The position numbers and the translations under genes were made by a program. Shown in pieces: positions 25,398 to 37,759 of a stretch of 64,000 bases of DNA. Origin of the DNA: Callorhinchus milii (Eukaryota); NCBI RefSeq assembly GCF_018977255.1, contig NW_024704752.1, positions 6,076,001 to 6,140,000 of the forward strand. Direction: 5' to 3'. The first letter of the stretch is position 1; each line of letters opens with the position of its first letter. The notes below the pieces were generated by a model. The model was not told where the DNA came from. It was given only the letters and a program-made list of their open reading frames with translations, and searched no databases.

Positions 25398-25824
25398 TAT
25401 AATAATAATAATCCTAACATTTCACAGAGCACCTTATCATGCCGCTGAGATGTCCCAAAGTGTTTCACAGAATATACTATAAAGTGCAGTGACTATTTTG
25501 GGGGTGAAACGCAACAGTGAGTTTGCGCACAGCAAGATCCCATAAACAGACTTACAGTGAGTGACCAATTTTTATTTGGGGTGATTTTTGGCCAAGACAC
25601 CAGCAGAAATCCCTTCTCTTTTCGAATAGTGCCCAACTGAACAGATAGACCGGAACTCGGTTTAACGTCTCATTCGAAGGCAGGCACCTTTGAAAATGCA
25701 ACAAAGCCCCAGCAATGCATTGGAGTGTCAACTTAGACGATGTGATTCTGAGTCCTGACGTGGGGCTTGAGCGCACAACCTTCTGACTCAGAGGCGAGAG
25801 TGCTACCACTGCGCCAGGCTGACA
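25398..25824 (-). mobile_element. SINE family B, full length
   Basis: Head TGTCAGCCTGGCGCAGTGGTAGCACTCTCGCCTCTGAGTCAGAAGG, Deu body GCACTATTCGAAAAGAGAAGGG, L2-type tail and (ATT)n. Confidence 0.92.
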
Positions 25825-27279
25825 CACATCCAATCCTATTCAGCCATTGGATTTCTCCTGTGTAAGACATCTGGGCTCTGCTCAAGATGAAGGAACTCTC
25901 TGGACAGGAAGCCTATGGGCACAGATTCAGCTTCCATTGCATCACAAACATCAGCTCGTACATAAATTGATCAGCGGCTCAAGCTGAGTTTTGCCCTTAA
26001 TATCACAATATTTCTGTCCTTTCCCCATACTAAGGATCCAAACATGAAAAACCCTTTGAAGCTGCTGTGGAGTCTAAACAGTGCTCCGGCTATCACCTGA
26101 TACTTCTCACAACCCATCATATTGGCATACTCTGTATGTTTGGATATTAAATGGGCAATGAAGGGGCTTTCAAAATGGAAAGGAAAGCTACAGGCATATC
26201 AGTGACAGATAATCCTTCATATAAAACATTATAAATATAGCTTTATGGCCAGCTGCAAAACAAAATACTGAGGAATTCAAACACATGATATGAGGATTAA
26301 GAATGAGAAAAATGAGGAGAGCTGCAGTGCAGCAGCCTAGCACTGGGCCCATGCATCCTGAGTAATGTTAATGAGAGGGTCCACTTCACCTGCAGCTCAA
26401 TGTTAGACAATATTGACGAGTCATATTGATGTGCTGTTCCCCAGGACTCCACTGGAGAATGCTTTTCATCTGAGAACTAATCAAATAATACTTTAGCATC
26501 GCTGATCTGTCCTGCGGCTGCTTACAGCAGTGCTGCTAAAGGAGTTCAGAGTGCAATACTATATAATTCACACGCTGCCGAGACAGCATTCCAGACACTG
26601 GTACAATGGAGACACCTTTTGTATCAGGATGCAACGACGGGCGAGAAAATAGTTTCGGAAAAGAGACAAGAAATAGATATATTTTTTGTTAGCCAGGTGT
26701 CTGACACCTAAGGGAACGCTTCACCCTGCTTTAGAGACGCTGAGAATTCCATGCATCCCACCTACACATGGAAATTCTAGAGACAGATTGTTGGAATGGA
26801 CAATCTGGAGGGATACATCCTGCTTACCTAACTCCAGAAAGATTTAGGCACAGGTTGGCAAGAGATAAGGTATGGGGATCTGGGAGTGTGATTTAGGGGG
26901 AACTGCTGGAGTCTAACCAGAAATATAGCTCAATATAATTTGGAGTTTGGAGCATGGAATTTGATAGGAACAACATTCACATGTGTGCACACGCACATTG
27001 AGCATTAATATACTTCTGAACAAAGTGGCTATTTGCAATAATTTCCAGTAATCCAATATAGTTATATTAATTATTTTTTCCACATGAACACATGAACATA
27101 AAGGGTTGGAAAGTAACTATTATGCTCCATCTCTCCAGTTGCAACTGTCAACATTTTTAATTTAATGTAACTGCTGGAGCGATAATAAAGCACTAAACTT
27201 TTGGGAACACAATCCAAGGAAATTGATAAAGACTATGGTGGAATGTGAGAATTATTGGATTTTTGCTATTGCCATCTAT

Positions 27280-27930
27280 TGTCAGGATATTGAACTCACA
27301 GTTTAAGATTATGCTCCAGTGCAGTGCTGGGGAGCACACCATTGTTGGAGGTGGTGGCCTTTGGATGAGAAGCTGAAACTTCTGCCTGTTCAGATGGATA
27401 TAAAAGATCCCATGGCACTATTTGAAAAGAGAAGGGAGTTTCTCTTTGTGTCCTGGCTGCCAATCTCCCAGATAAAATTGGTCATCCACTTCATTGCTGT
27501 TTGTGGGACATTGCTGTGTACAAATTCCTATTGTGTTCACCTACAAATACAAGGTCCACAGTTTACATTCCACAGTAAAGTGGACGACAGCATAGTACGG
27601 AATGCCCTGGTGAGTAAGGCACGAGAAGCAGAGTCCATTGTGAGTTCCAAGACAGAAGTAGACAGATATATCAAATTAAGGGCATTGGGATAGGGTAGGA
27701 CAGCGCTCCCGGATGCTGCCCCGTGTGAAGGGCGCTATATAAATGCAAGTTGTTGTTGGTGACAATGGGGTTGAAAGTACAGCTAGTTCTGAGAGCTGAG
27801 CAGACCGGATGGGTGGAAATCGGTCTCCTTCTACGCTGTAAATCTTTATCATTGTATGATATCCTGTGAAGTGCTTTACGACATGTTGGTGAAGTCATAA
27901 GGTGCTAGATCAAATGCAAGGATTATTTTA
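27280..27930 (+). mobile_element. Triple nest: family B SINE > CR1 3' end (~27590-27860) > L2 tail (27700-27758)
   Basis: The SINE is split at ACAGTAAA|ATCCTGTGAAG. The CR1 piece has WNALV-like coding and 3'UTR. The inner piece is CAGCGCTCCCGGATGCTGCC..GCAAGTTGTTGTTG. Confidence 0.85.
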
Positions 27931-28254
27931 CACTATTACTGTACAGTCTCTTGCAATACATTTTGTTTAGCGATTTTATAACAGGGTGGTGTTATCGTGA
28001 TTTGTTTGCTTATGATCCTAGAAGGTGTTTTATCCCTCCTGTTTTCTGAAATGGTACACCTTTAATCTAACCTTTAAACCTTCATGTAGATCTAGTGGTC
28101 TTTTTGTTTTTTTTACAATGCTGCCTGCATTCATATGATATTGACACTCACTATTGTGCGGCTCAAAGTGGTGTCATCTTGAATTTATATTCACGCTCTT
28201 CATTAGTACTAAATGAGTTGTAATGTTATTATCTTGACAGATATACAAGGTGAA

Positions 28255-28625
28255 GGATAAGAGAGATGTAAAAGAGGCCTTGAGGTGGCCAAATAAACAT
28301 TTCATAAACTATAAAAGGGGATTGATAAAACTGATCCAATAAGGGTCAACACACAAGAATGCTTTGATAACCTGGAGGCATCATTTAAAACTTGGGAGCA
28401 CATTGGAAAGCCAGGGAAAGTAATCATACTAAGGGTAACAGACTCATTCAACAAGTTTGCAGGGAAGACCATTTATGTAAATCGGGTTCAATGGGTTCAG
28501 GAGAGCATCACACTTGTTTCTAGAGAAACAAAGCATAGTTGGACGTGGTGAGGAGACAGGAAGTGGAGGCTGAGAAAGCAGTTAGGGTGAAAGGCATATT
28601 CCTTGTTCCTAAAATGACCTAAGTT
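28255..28625 (+). mobile_element. Old CR1 3' fragment
   Basis: Degraded KTIKGIDK and AAGGCATATTCCTTGTTCCTAA 3'UTR. Confidence 0.6.
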
Positions 28626-29129
28626 GCTGTGATTGGCATATTGCAGTTGATCGGCATGATCACTGAAGGCGTCCATGTTTGTTCCATGAACAGCTGTCAC
28701 ATGCCAGCTAGGAGTCTCAAGCTGACTGTGATGCCAAGTCTACATCGTATAGTCCATTGAACCTAAAAATACTTTTGGCACTGGATGAATGTTCTTGTAA
28801 TGTGTGCACTGCCTCCCCTGTCCTACAATGTGTGATTCAGACTTCAGGCTTGTTTAAAAAAGGGTTTGGAAACCCTCTGAATCATGTCATCACCACCCCC
28901 CACCTCCCGCCCCCCACCACCTCGGTGTAATGGAAGCTCTGTTTGCAGAGGGATTATTTATTTTTACATGATAGGTGCTCCGGAAAGGATGACATCACTG
29001 AGCACAGGTGCACCACATTCAGCAGTTTTCATAATCATTGCTCACAAGAACACAAGAGGCTTCATGTTATTTGATTTCATTCTTCCAGAAAATGATCGTT
29101 TCCCCCATTAAAGCATATAATTATTTATA

Positions 29130-29400
29130 GGGCAGGGCAAGACCTTAGGCAAGTTTCCCAAAAGGTACCCGGTTGTTAATCGATTGGCAGATCGCTTTCT
29201 GTGGGTAATAATCGCTTCAAAAAATTAATAATAATTTTGTCACTCAATCCATAACTGTTTGTGGGACACTTCTGTGCACAATTGGCTGACATGTTTCACC
29301 CACAAAATACAGTCCATCCACTATACAGTATATTCTGTGATGAGCTTTGAGACGTCTCAAAGGTATGATAAGGCCCTATTTCAAATGCAAGGATTATTAT
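29130..29400 (+). mobile_element. SINE family A, 5'-truncated
   Basis: CCTTAGGCAAGTTTCC..GTTTGTGGGACAC..CAAATGCAAGGATTATTATT. Confidence 0.9.
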
Positions 29401-30164
29401 TTTTTATATACCTCTTTAAATACGCCTCTCTCTCCCTGTACCCTGCTTTTCCATTGCTCAATGTCCAGCCTCATTCCTTTGAAGCGTCTCCTAGACATTA
29501 CCCTACGTGAAAGACGTAATATAAATGCAAATTGTTGTTGTTATAGCTTCTACAGAAACCCAGATATTTAGATGAGTTAATGGCCCCCAGCATACACCCA
29601 CAGGGAAAGAGTAGTGTTGATGGATATTGTGGAAATGCACATTTATCATGCACATTCAACCACATTTCCATCAACTCACCTCTCTACCTCCTTCATCAAC
29701 ATGCTCTGTGGTCATGTCCAATAACATTCAATGTTATTCTAGCTCATAGCCTATAAATATCTGTGCTATTCACTTGGCAGAGTTTTGATGTCAAGTACTT
29801 ATAATGAGGGTAGAGTTTCGTATTGACACAGATGTCAAGGAACGAATACGCAGTTTGACGTCACATGCTTATTACAAGCCATTCCAAGCAAAGTCCTAAA
29901 AACAGTGACTATGTTCCAAAATGTTCAGATTCACATTATGGAGGAACATTGGCCATTCATCCTTTTGATCCATTCGAATACCTCAGGGCTCATTTGTACC
30001 TCAACTTCATTTATCAGCCTTTGGTCCATAGCCTTGATACGCTTACCTAACAAAAACCTATGTACAAAAAACAATCACTCAGGAGCTAAATCACATCCTA
30101 TACAGCAAAATTATACCTACACATGAGTACCATAATTGGGAACTGTGACTGCAGTGACTATTAT

Positions 30165-30520
30165 TGTTAATAATCCCTGCATTTGATACAGCACCTTTCA
30201 CATCAGGAGGACTCAAAGCTACCCTGTAAAGTGTAGGTGGTATCCTCTGGATGATGTAGTAAATGAAGGCTACTTCTGTCTGTCCAGGTGGACATTAAAA
30301 TGCCTATTCGAAAAGGTCACCATTCAAAAAGAGAAGGGAGTTTCTCTCAGTGTCCTGACTGACAACCTTCCAAATAAGATTGGTCATTCATCCCTTGGCT
30401 GTTTGTGGGACATTGCTGTGTGCAAATTGGCTGCTGTTTTTCTCTACAAAATACACAAAGTCACTCTGCTTTGCTTTGAGATGTCTCAATGACGTGATAA
30501 GGCGCTATATCAAATGAAAT
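30165..30520. mobile_element. SINE tail (-) abutting a family B body (+)
   Basis: Deu block GGTGGACATTAAAA..AAGAGAAGGGAGTTTCTC and tail. Confidence 0.82.
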
Positions 30521-31327
30521 CCATATCTGAACCCAAGTCTCTAATTTCTTTAGGTATTGCATTCAAAGCCAGTTATTTTGTAACTATACAAATATTTGTA
30601 AAAATAAAAAACAAATATAAAAACACGTGCCCAGTAGTGTGCCACTGTATATATTTGGAACTACATACCAACAAGGAATAGCTTTTACACTGGCATTCAC
30701 TCAACAGCATCAGAGAGAGAGGGAAACATTTCCCTTCACTTGGCTGAGGTCAGAAGTATCCTTTACATATTTGGCTCTAAATTCCTTCACTCCGTAATTT
30801 GTGCAAGATAACCCCATTTCCTGAATCTCGATAATCAAATTTGATTTGCACCTGGGAGCAACTCTATAGAGTAAAAAACGTGTAATGCAGTAAACAGCCA
30901 TAAATTGAAATTAAATTATAATTATCAATGGATGCAATTGTATTATGCTGTATTATGGATGTGACAGCTGTTAAGGGATGAAGCATTCATTATCAATCAG
31001 ACATTAATTTTTTTTATCCACCAATCCAGCGGTTTAGATCTCAGTTGGAATAGTATAACACTGGAGTGTTTGCATTGCACCAAAACAATGAAAACAGATA
31101 CTTCCTGTTTGAAGTTAAGGTAAGCTGAACACAAAGATGCAAAAATGAGCTTTGGGTTGATGAGAAACTTGCCCTCTTGTGCACTGCAATATTTAAATGG
31201 CCCGCGTTCAAAAGAAAGACCCTGGAAGAATAATCCAACATTTCTGTAAAAAAGCTATAGCAACAATTAAAAAAAGTATTAAGTCTCTTTAGTACAATAC
31301 AAACAGGACTTCCTATTTGATATATTA

Positions 31328-31906
31328 TGATACTGACAAATAATATATAAAATTTTGGATTCCAGCACTTCAACCAAGGGAATAAAATTGTAAAAATATC
31401 TCATTTGCACTAATCACATTATGGTAACATAACAGTAATTACAAGTCCTGTAGGGGCAGTAACATTTTATGAATTCAAGCACCGCATGTTACACTAATTT
31501 GTATTCAGAAGGAAACTTAATTTCAGTCATTGTACTTGTCATGTATAATAAAAGGAAATGGTTCCTAATAATTTAATTGTTATTCTACAAAAAATAATGA
31601 AAAAATAGAATCCTGTGGCCGGCCCGCACTGGAAACCCGTCTTTGAAGTGGCGAGAAATGACAACGTGGAGAATAATAGCTTTACTCTGTGACCTGAACT
31701 TTCCAATAGTCTTCACACAGCAAAATAGCCAACGGATGATCTCAGTACACTTACAGACTTACATCAAGGTAGCACAGAAATAGGTCATTTGGCTCAACCA
31801 GTGGTCATTACTGTTAACAATGCGATTAGTGGAAATTAGATATTTTATAATTTTATTCCCTTGGTTGAGATGCTGGAACCCAACATTTTGTAATTATAAA
31901 ATATCA
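31328..31906. repeat. Inverted duplication 2 (arms ~31328-31439 and 31807-31906)
   Basis: Core TCAACCAAGGGAATAAAATT / AATTTTATTCCCTTGGTTGA with flanking similarity. Spacer ~370 bp. Confidence 0.93.
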
Positions 31907-32190
31907 AACTCCACATCAGCCCCCACCTTTCCTATTTCCTTCACCTGTACTCCTTTATTCCTTCTTCCTCAAGTATGCATCAAGTTTGCTCTTAAATTCC
32001 TTGATGCTTTTTGCTTGAACCATGGCGTCAGGCAGTAAGTTCCATATTCCGCGTGAAGAAGTTCCTAGTTCCTCCTAAACTCCTTATTAGAACTGCTGTT
32101 ATCTTAAATGTATGCCCTCTATTTTGGAATCATCGACAAGTGGATACAGCTCCTCATCATCCACCTCATCAAATCCTTATTTATCCTTAT
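31765..32190 (-). mobile_element. CR1 3' fragment interrupted by the inverted copy at 31807-31906
   Basis: Colinear with the uninterrupted copy at 57970-58300 on both sides of the insert. Confidence 0.82.
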
Positions 32191-32639
32191 TAATACTGCA
32201 TATGGGGAGGTGAAGGGAGCCAGTTATTTGCTGTCACAGTAGTGACCACTGGCTAACCAGTGTATAAAACGTCACAACCAGACTGAGAAGAAGGTAGCCA
32301 AAAGTACCTAAATTACTCTTGCCTTCTACCCTGTCAGGGGAGAGAAAAAGCCAGTCAGACATCACAGTTCACCTGCAGACAACTCTCCTTAACATGAACT
32401 CTCCTCCCGTCAAGTATTTTGAATAACACAAATGATTTTTCCTTGCTTGTTAGATTACTCCAAACATGTAGCACTGTTTGAGTAAAGGATATTTATGTTT
32501 GACCTGGTTAGCAGAAACATCTCCTTGTGGCAAACTTTTTGGCTGATCCCTATTTCACTCAGTAAATTAACCCGAATACTGGGTCACATGACAGCTTGAT
32601 AGGGTGAACTGTGTTCCTGTTGCTGCCACAGGCATGAGA

Positions 32640-32905
32640 TCACATCTAGTACTGTGCCCTGATCAGACCGCACCTGGACTAGTGCACTCAGTTCTGGTCA
32701 CTGCAATATAAGGCTCCAAGGCAATGCAGAGGATAGTAAAGAGGCTGATTCCCACCTATTAAAAGGGACAAGCTATGAGGAACAATTAGGCAAGTTAAGG
32801 CTCTTCAGCCTTGAAACAATTTGCATCAAGAAGTCACTTTACATAGGTACATAAGATTCTAAAGGGGATTGAGAAGAATAAATCCCAAAACAATATTTTC
32901 AGACA
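32640..32905 (+). mobile_element. CR1 ORF2 fragment
   Basis: ALIRPHLD..QFWS..SYEEQLGKLRLFSLE..KILKGIEK motifs. Confidence 0.85.
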
Positions 32906-32955
32906 TTCTCTTGCCAAGCATGTCACCTTGGAGCCAGATCAGATCCAAGAAGATT

Positions 32956-33187
32956 ATAATAATAATCCTTGCATTTGATATAGCGCCTTATCATGTCTTT
33001 GAACGTCTCAAAGTGCTTCACAGAATATATAGCAAAATGAACTGATTGCATATCTTGTAGGCGAAATGAAGATTCTGCATAAAATACAAAGTCACTATAC
33101 TTTACAGTAAAATCCAGTGAAGCACTTTTAAGCCATCCACCCAATGTGATAAGTGGAATATCAAATGCAAGGATTATTATTATTATT
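32956..33187. mobile_element. Two SINE 3' halves in divergent orientation forming a ~230-bp palindrome
   Basis: Minus copy 32956-33065, 7-nt spacer, plus copy 33073-33187. Confidence 0.88.
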
Positions 33188-33886
33188 TTGTCTAAAAGGT
33201 AGGCAACAAACAAAACACTCTTACATTTATACAGCACTGTTCACGTAAAAGAAACATTTCAAAGCTTTTTACAAGATGTGATTAAGCAGAACTTAAGTTC
33301 TGTCTTATGATACGACAGATATTACCAGGCTCTTGCAATCCAAAAATGCTAAGAATGTATATTGCCTTAATAGTTGTGAAAATTGGGCTTTTATGGTGAT
33401 TTATTTTGGTACAAAGCAACGCCATTGACTTAAAAATGGTCTGGTAAATAAATAAAATAACATAAAACAGCAATTTGCATGTGGCTTTGAGTTCATTACT
33501 GCCATTATACTGTGTTTTTTTTACACCATACTTAATAATGCTGTACTTATACAAATTGAATGTATAGTGCCTGAAAAACTCGTTACCCTCAACCCCCACT
33601 GGTGGCTCGATGGAGTTTTAAACTGCAGAGTCTATTAACATTAGCAGGAGCTGCAAAGAACAATAGGATGGAAGGACACACTGCGGAGGCAATCAGAGAC
33701 TTCAAAGCCACATTCCGAGGTGAGCATACCAACACTTCATACTGACTTCTAATATCAAGTGCCCCATAATCTAATTTAATTTACTTACACTCCTGTGAAA
33801 CTTATTCTGCTTTGACGATTGTGCCTGTTGGAACCTCTGGGTGAGCAGGAATACGGACAATCAATAATACTGCTTCCTTATGTGGA

Positions 33887-34215
33887 TAATAATAATCCTT
33901 GCATTTCATATACTGCCTTTTCACATCGTTGAGACGTCTCAAAGAGCCTCACAGAATATATATTGTAAAGTGGATTGACTGTGTATTTTGTGGGTGAAAC
34001 ACGGCAGCCAATTGCACACAAACAGTTGGGGATTGAATGACAACATTTTTTTTGAGGGATTATTAGCCCCAGAAAGTGATTACCCCCAGAAGTCAAATAA
34101 CAATCGGATTCCTGCTTACTGCTTAGGCAAATAGAGGTGTGTGGAGTAGTGAAACTTGCCTAAGACTTTGCCACGCCCGGGAAACAAACCTGGATCCGCT
34201 TGCTTGTGAGGTGAA
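33887..34215 (-). mobile_element. SINE family A, near full length, long subfamily
   Basis: Tail, Deu-like body, AACTTGCCTAAG CORE-like segment and degraded tRNA head. Confidence 0.88.
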
Positions 34216-34464
34216 TGCATAGAAAGAAGAGCAGCTCAGGCCAGAATTATAATCTCACATTTGATAAGGAATCTGAAAATTCTCCCTCTTATTAGTCTGT
34301 AAAAACTCTTGACTCAATGGGTAAGATCATACAGAATTGATAAGATTCAGTCTTAACTTGGCAGCCACTTTTCTGCATTTCTGAAAAACAGAACTGTCTT
34401 TCACAATTTTCTTACATTTTTTTCATAATTCTGTTTGATGGTAAATTGTTCCAGACAAAATGGT

Positions 34465-34735
34465 CTCACAGGATGAGACGTTCAAAGAAGTCCCATCTGA
34501 CTGTTCAGGTGGACGGTAAAGATCCCATGGCACTATTCAAAAAGAGAAGAGCGTTCTTCCAGTGTCCTAGACAACAATTCCCAGATAAAATTGATCATTT
34601 ACTTCATGGCTGTTTGTGGGACATTGCTGTGTGCAAATCGGCCTCCACATTCACCTACAAGTACACAACCACTACACTTTCCAATCTGTGAAGCTCTTTG
34701 AGTCATCCTCCGGACATAAAAAGCATTGTACCAAT
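34465..34735 (+). mobile_element. SINE family B body
   Basis: GGTGGACGGTAAAGATCCCATGGCACTATTCAAAAAGAGAAG Deu block. Confidence 0.88.
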
Positions 34736-34739
34736 TATC

Positions 34740-35150
34740 AGTGCAGGTATTATATATTGTACTTCTCTATCATATAGTGCATCATACTAGACTGTATATA
34801 TGGGGCTAGGGTGAGTAATTAGAGTTGAGGTATAGATCAGCAATGATCTTACAGAATGGCAGAACAGGATCGAGGGGCCGAATGGCCGACTCCTATTTCT
34901 ATGTTTCTAATGTATATGTATTATATAGTATACTACTTTAAACTGCTTATTGTATAGTGTACCACACAATACTGCATATTATATATTGTATTGCTCCATA
35001 TTCTGTATTATGATGTATTGCTTTAAACTATATTAAATATTGTACTGCTCTATACTGTATAATATAATGGATTGCTTTATATTATACATTAAAAACTGGA
35101 CTGCATGTACCGTATTATACAGTGTGCCACATTATACTGAACGGTGCTGA
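34740..35150. repeat. Degenerate AT-rich minisatellite with a CR1 3'UTR piece (34800-34910) inserted
   Basis: Repeated TATATTGTACTGC/TATACTGTAT units. Insert GAGTTGAGGTATAGATCAGC..GAATGGCCGACTCCT. Confidence 0.75.
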
Positions 35151-35182
35151 GTTTTGTTTCATGTGCTATTATACCGTGCTTG

Positions 35183-35730
35183 ACCTTTGCTAATTGGTAA
35201 TAAAACAATCAGTGGTGTGTTTGGATGCATTTGGAAGGAACATCCCAATGTGCCTGCAGAGAAGGGAGATGGAGATTTTTTTTAAAAAAATGCTTACAGC
35301 ATCCAAAACCCAAGGAATGCAAGGCTACAGATCACCCTTTGAAGCTGTGGAGGCTGTGGAGACTGTAATCCCAGATGTTGGCATGAAAGAACCAAGTCTT
35401 TTAATGATGGTACAGTACCTCTATTTAATATAACCACAGGGTTTGCACCAGACTATGCATTGCATTCTCCTTGGAGTAGTTAGACAGATGGCATCACTTA
35501 GGTTTGATCCTTGCAATCATAGGAAAGAATGGTACCTTGGTAACAGAATGGAGGAAATTAATGATGCCCTTACTAAAATCTGTCCCCAGGGTGGAGTTAC
35601 TCATCTCCCAAGGTCACTGACACTGCACAAACATTAGACAGCATTAAAATGGAAGTCATTCGCTCTGCATTACTCTGTCGTGGTTCTTGGCATGTCTGCT
35701 CGGTTCCAAACTCATTTATTCTTCTCATTC
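35183..35730 (+). mobile_element. CACTA/EnSpm-like DNA transposase relic (frameshifted)
   Basis: Joined frames: KQ.SGVFGCIWKEHP..EKGDG / GMKEPSLL / FNITTGFAPDY / MHCILLGVVRQMASLRFD..WYLG..LPRSL..*TALKWKSFALHYS. These match the FNG.xGC..C.HP, D.MH...LGV and PRS....WKA.E motifs of animal CACTA transposases. Confidence 0.8.
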
Positions 35731-35764
35731 CACACAGAACATTTGCGGAATTTTTTCTGAACGA

Positions 35765-35835
35765 CGGCACAGCACTGTACTGTGCAGCACCGCACAGCAT
35801 CGCACCGCCCAGCACTGCACAGCACAGGCACTGTT
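35765..35835. repeat. (GCACA/GCACC)n simple repeat
   Basis: Direct inspection. Confidence 0.8.
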
Positions 35836-36399
35836 TACGTATTGTGAATTTATCATTCAGACAACAAAAAAAGTTTCGAAATAAAATTTTTAAATTACTC
35901 TGCTTCACTGTGAAGTGTTTTGAGATTTCCTCCTGATGTCAAAGGCGCTATATCAAGTGCAAGGATTATTATTGTAAAATAGCAATGGTATCAGACTTAT
36001 TTTAAAGCTAATTTTAAAACCTCATTCACAGCATCAGGGGCATGCATCACAGAGATAAAATGTAAAGCTTCCGATAATAGCTTGGTTGGGTAGTCAACGA
36101 CCACCCTTTTGGACATCAGCATCCACAGTCTAACGGTACACATCTCTAGACTAGCTGAGTTTGGGTCGAAACAGTATTTGTCAGATAAACAGCAGTGAGA
36201 AATGATGTCTCACAACAGACAAAAAGCACCTCAGGGTGTAAAAATGTCTCCTCCAAGAAGCTCTACCTACCTCCCACGTACTCCGATAAAACTGGTTGCA
36301 TGTGGGACCTTGTTGTCCTCAAAATGTCTGCTATGTTTGCCTAATAATCATAACAATCCTTGGATTTTTTTTACTGCCTTATCACATCGTTGAAATAAT

Positions 36400-36615
36400 A
36401 ATTATTAATAATAATAATCCTTGCATTTGATAGAGCAATTTTCATATTGGGAGGATGTCCCAAAGTGTTTCACAAGATATACTGTAGCAGTGACTGTGTA
36501 TTTTGTGGGCGAATGCGACAGCCAATTTTGCACACAGCAACGTCCAATAAAACTGCCAAGAAGTGAATAACCTATTTTATTTGGGGTATTTTTGGCCAGG
36601 AACCAGGAGAAAACT
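36400..36615 (-). mobile_element. Deu-type SINE 3' part
   Basis: (AAT)n-CCTTGCATTTGATAGAGC..GGGAGGATGTCCCAAAG. Confidence 0.85.
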
Positions 36616-37759
36616 TGGAAAATAGACAGTCACTACACTTGATGGCAAATGTGAAGCCATAGCTAAGAGGCACTGAAGTTACAGACACCATAGCGAATGC
36701 AAGGATTATTTATATTGCACAAAGACAGATAATCTTTGCTGCACAAGGCACACAGTCTTCCCATCAGACACTGAGAGTCAACAATAAGCTTGTCTGATAC
36801 GTTCTCTCTTAATTCCAAATTTGATGAAGTCACACCATCAGTGAAGCTAATAAAATGTCAACTCTAAACTTAACACTGGGTTGTTTTCATCAATATCCTC
36901 CCCGATTACACCAAAAGTACTGCGCTGGGTAAAAAGCTTAAGGCTACATTTGAATTAATTACTGAACATCTGCTATCAGACCTTGTCCATGATGGATATC
37001 CTCACCTAATGATTTTTTTAAAATATATAATTTTATCTGTAAATTGGCTATTCTAAATCTAATTTATTTTTAAAATATATTTTATTCCCCTCAATAGGGT
37101 TCTGTAGCAATCGAGCCTGGAGGCTAAAGGGCCTATTCAGCAAAGCTCAGAGCTGCTCAGTAAAAAACTCACAGGCACTCTGCATTGCCAGATCTCACCG
37201 ATGGGCGAATTACAGAGCTTCTGCTCAGGATGGATGCAAACTTCAATTGAAGTAGGATAATGAAGAGCTTGGTGTTTACACAGCAGATGGTTATACGGGT
37301 ATCTCACTCATGTGTTTCTGTGGGGGGTCTTTTCCCACCCTGAGGTTCCTTAATTTGCTAAATCTGGCCAGGCTACCGGAGGAAGGATTTCTGTCCAGGT
37401 CGCTGTGATATAAAGGAGATTGCCCAGGGCTGAGAAGACAGTCCAGGAGAGATTAACCTGGCTGAACCCCACAAGGCTAATTCCAGTTTTGGTGTTTGAA
37501 TAACAACTGGTGCTCATTTTATCATTTTACCTGAAAGGGTGGTCAGGATTTGAACTCAAAATATTCTGCAACAATTCCAGTGCTCAATCCACTGGCCTAT
37601 TTGGGTTGTTCATTAAAAATTATTTTCCCTGTTCACCCCACCAACGAACGGTTGCATCACTATACACCTGCTCTGTAGAAATCCCTCCCTTAATCCCTCC
37701 ACCTCTCCCTCTCTCTCAAAACCCAACTAAAAATCTCTTTCATTATGTCTTGTAATAGG

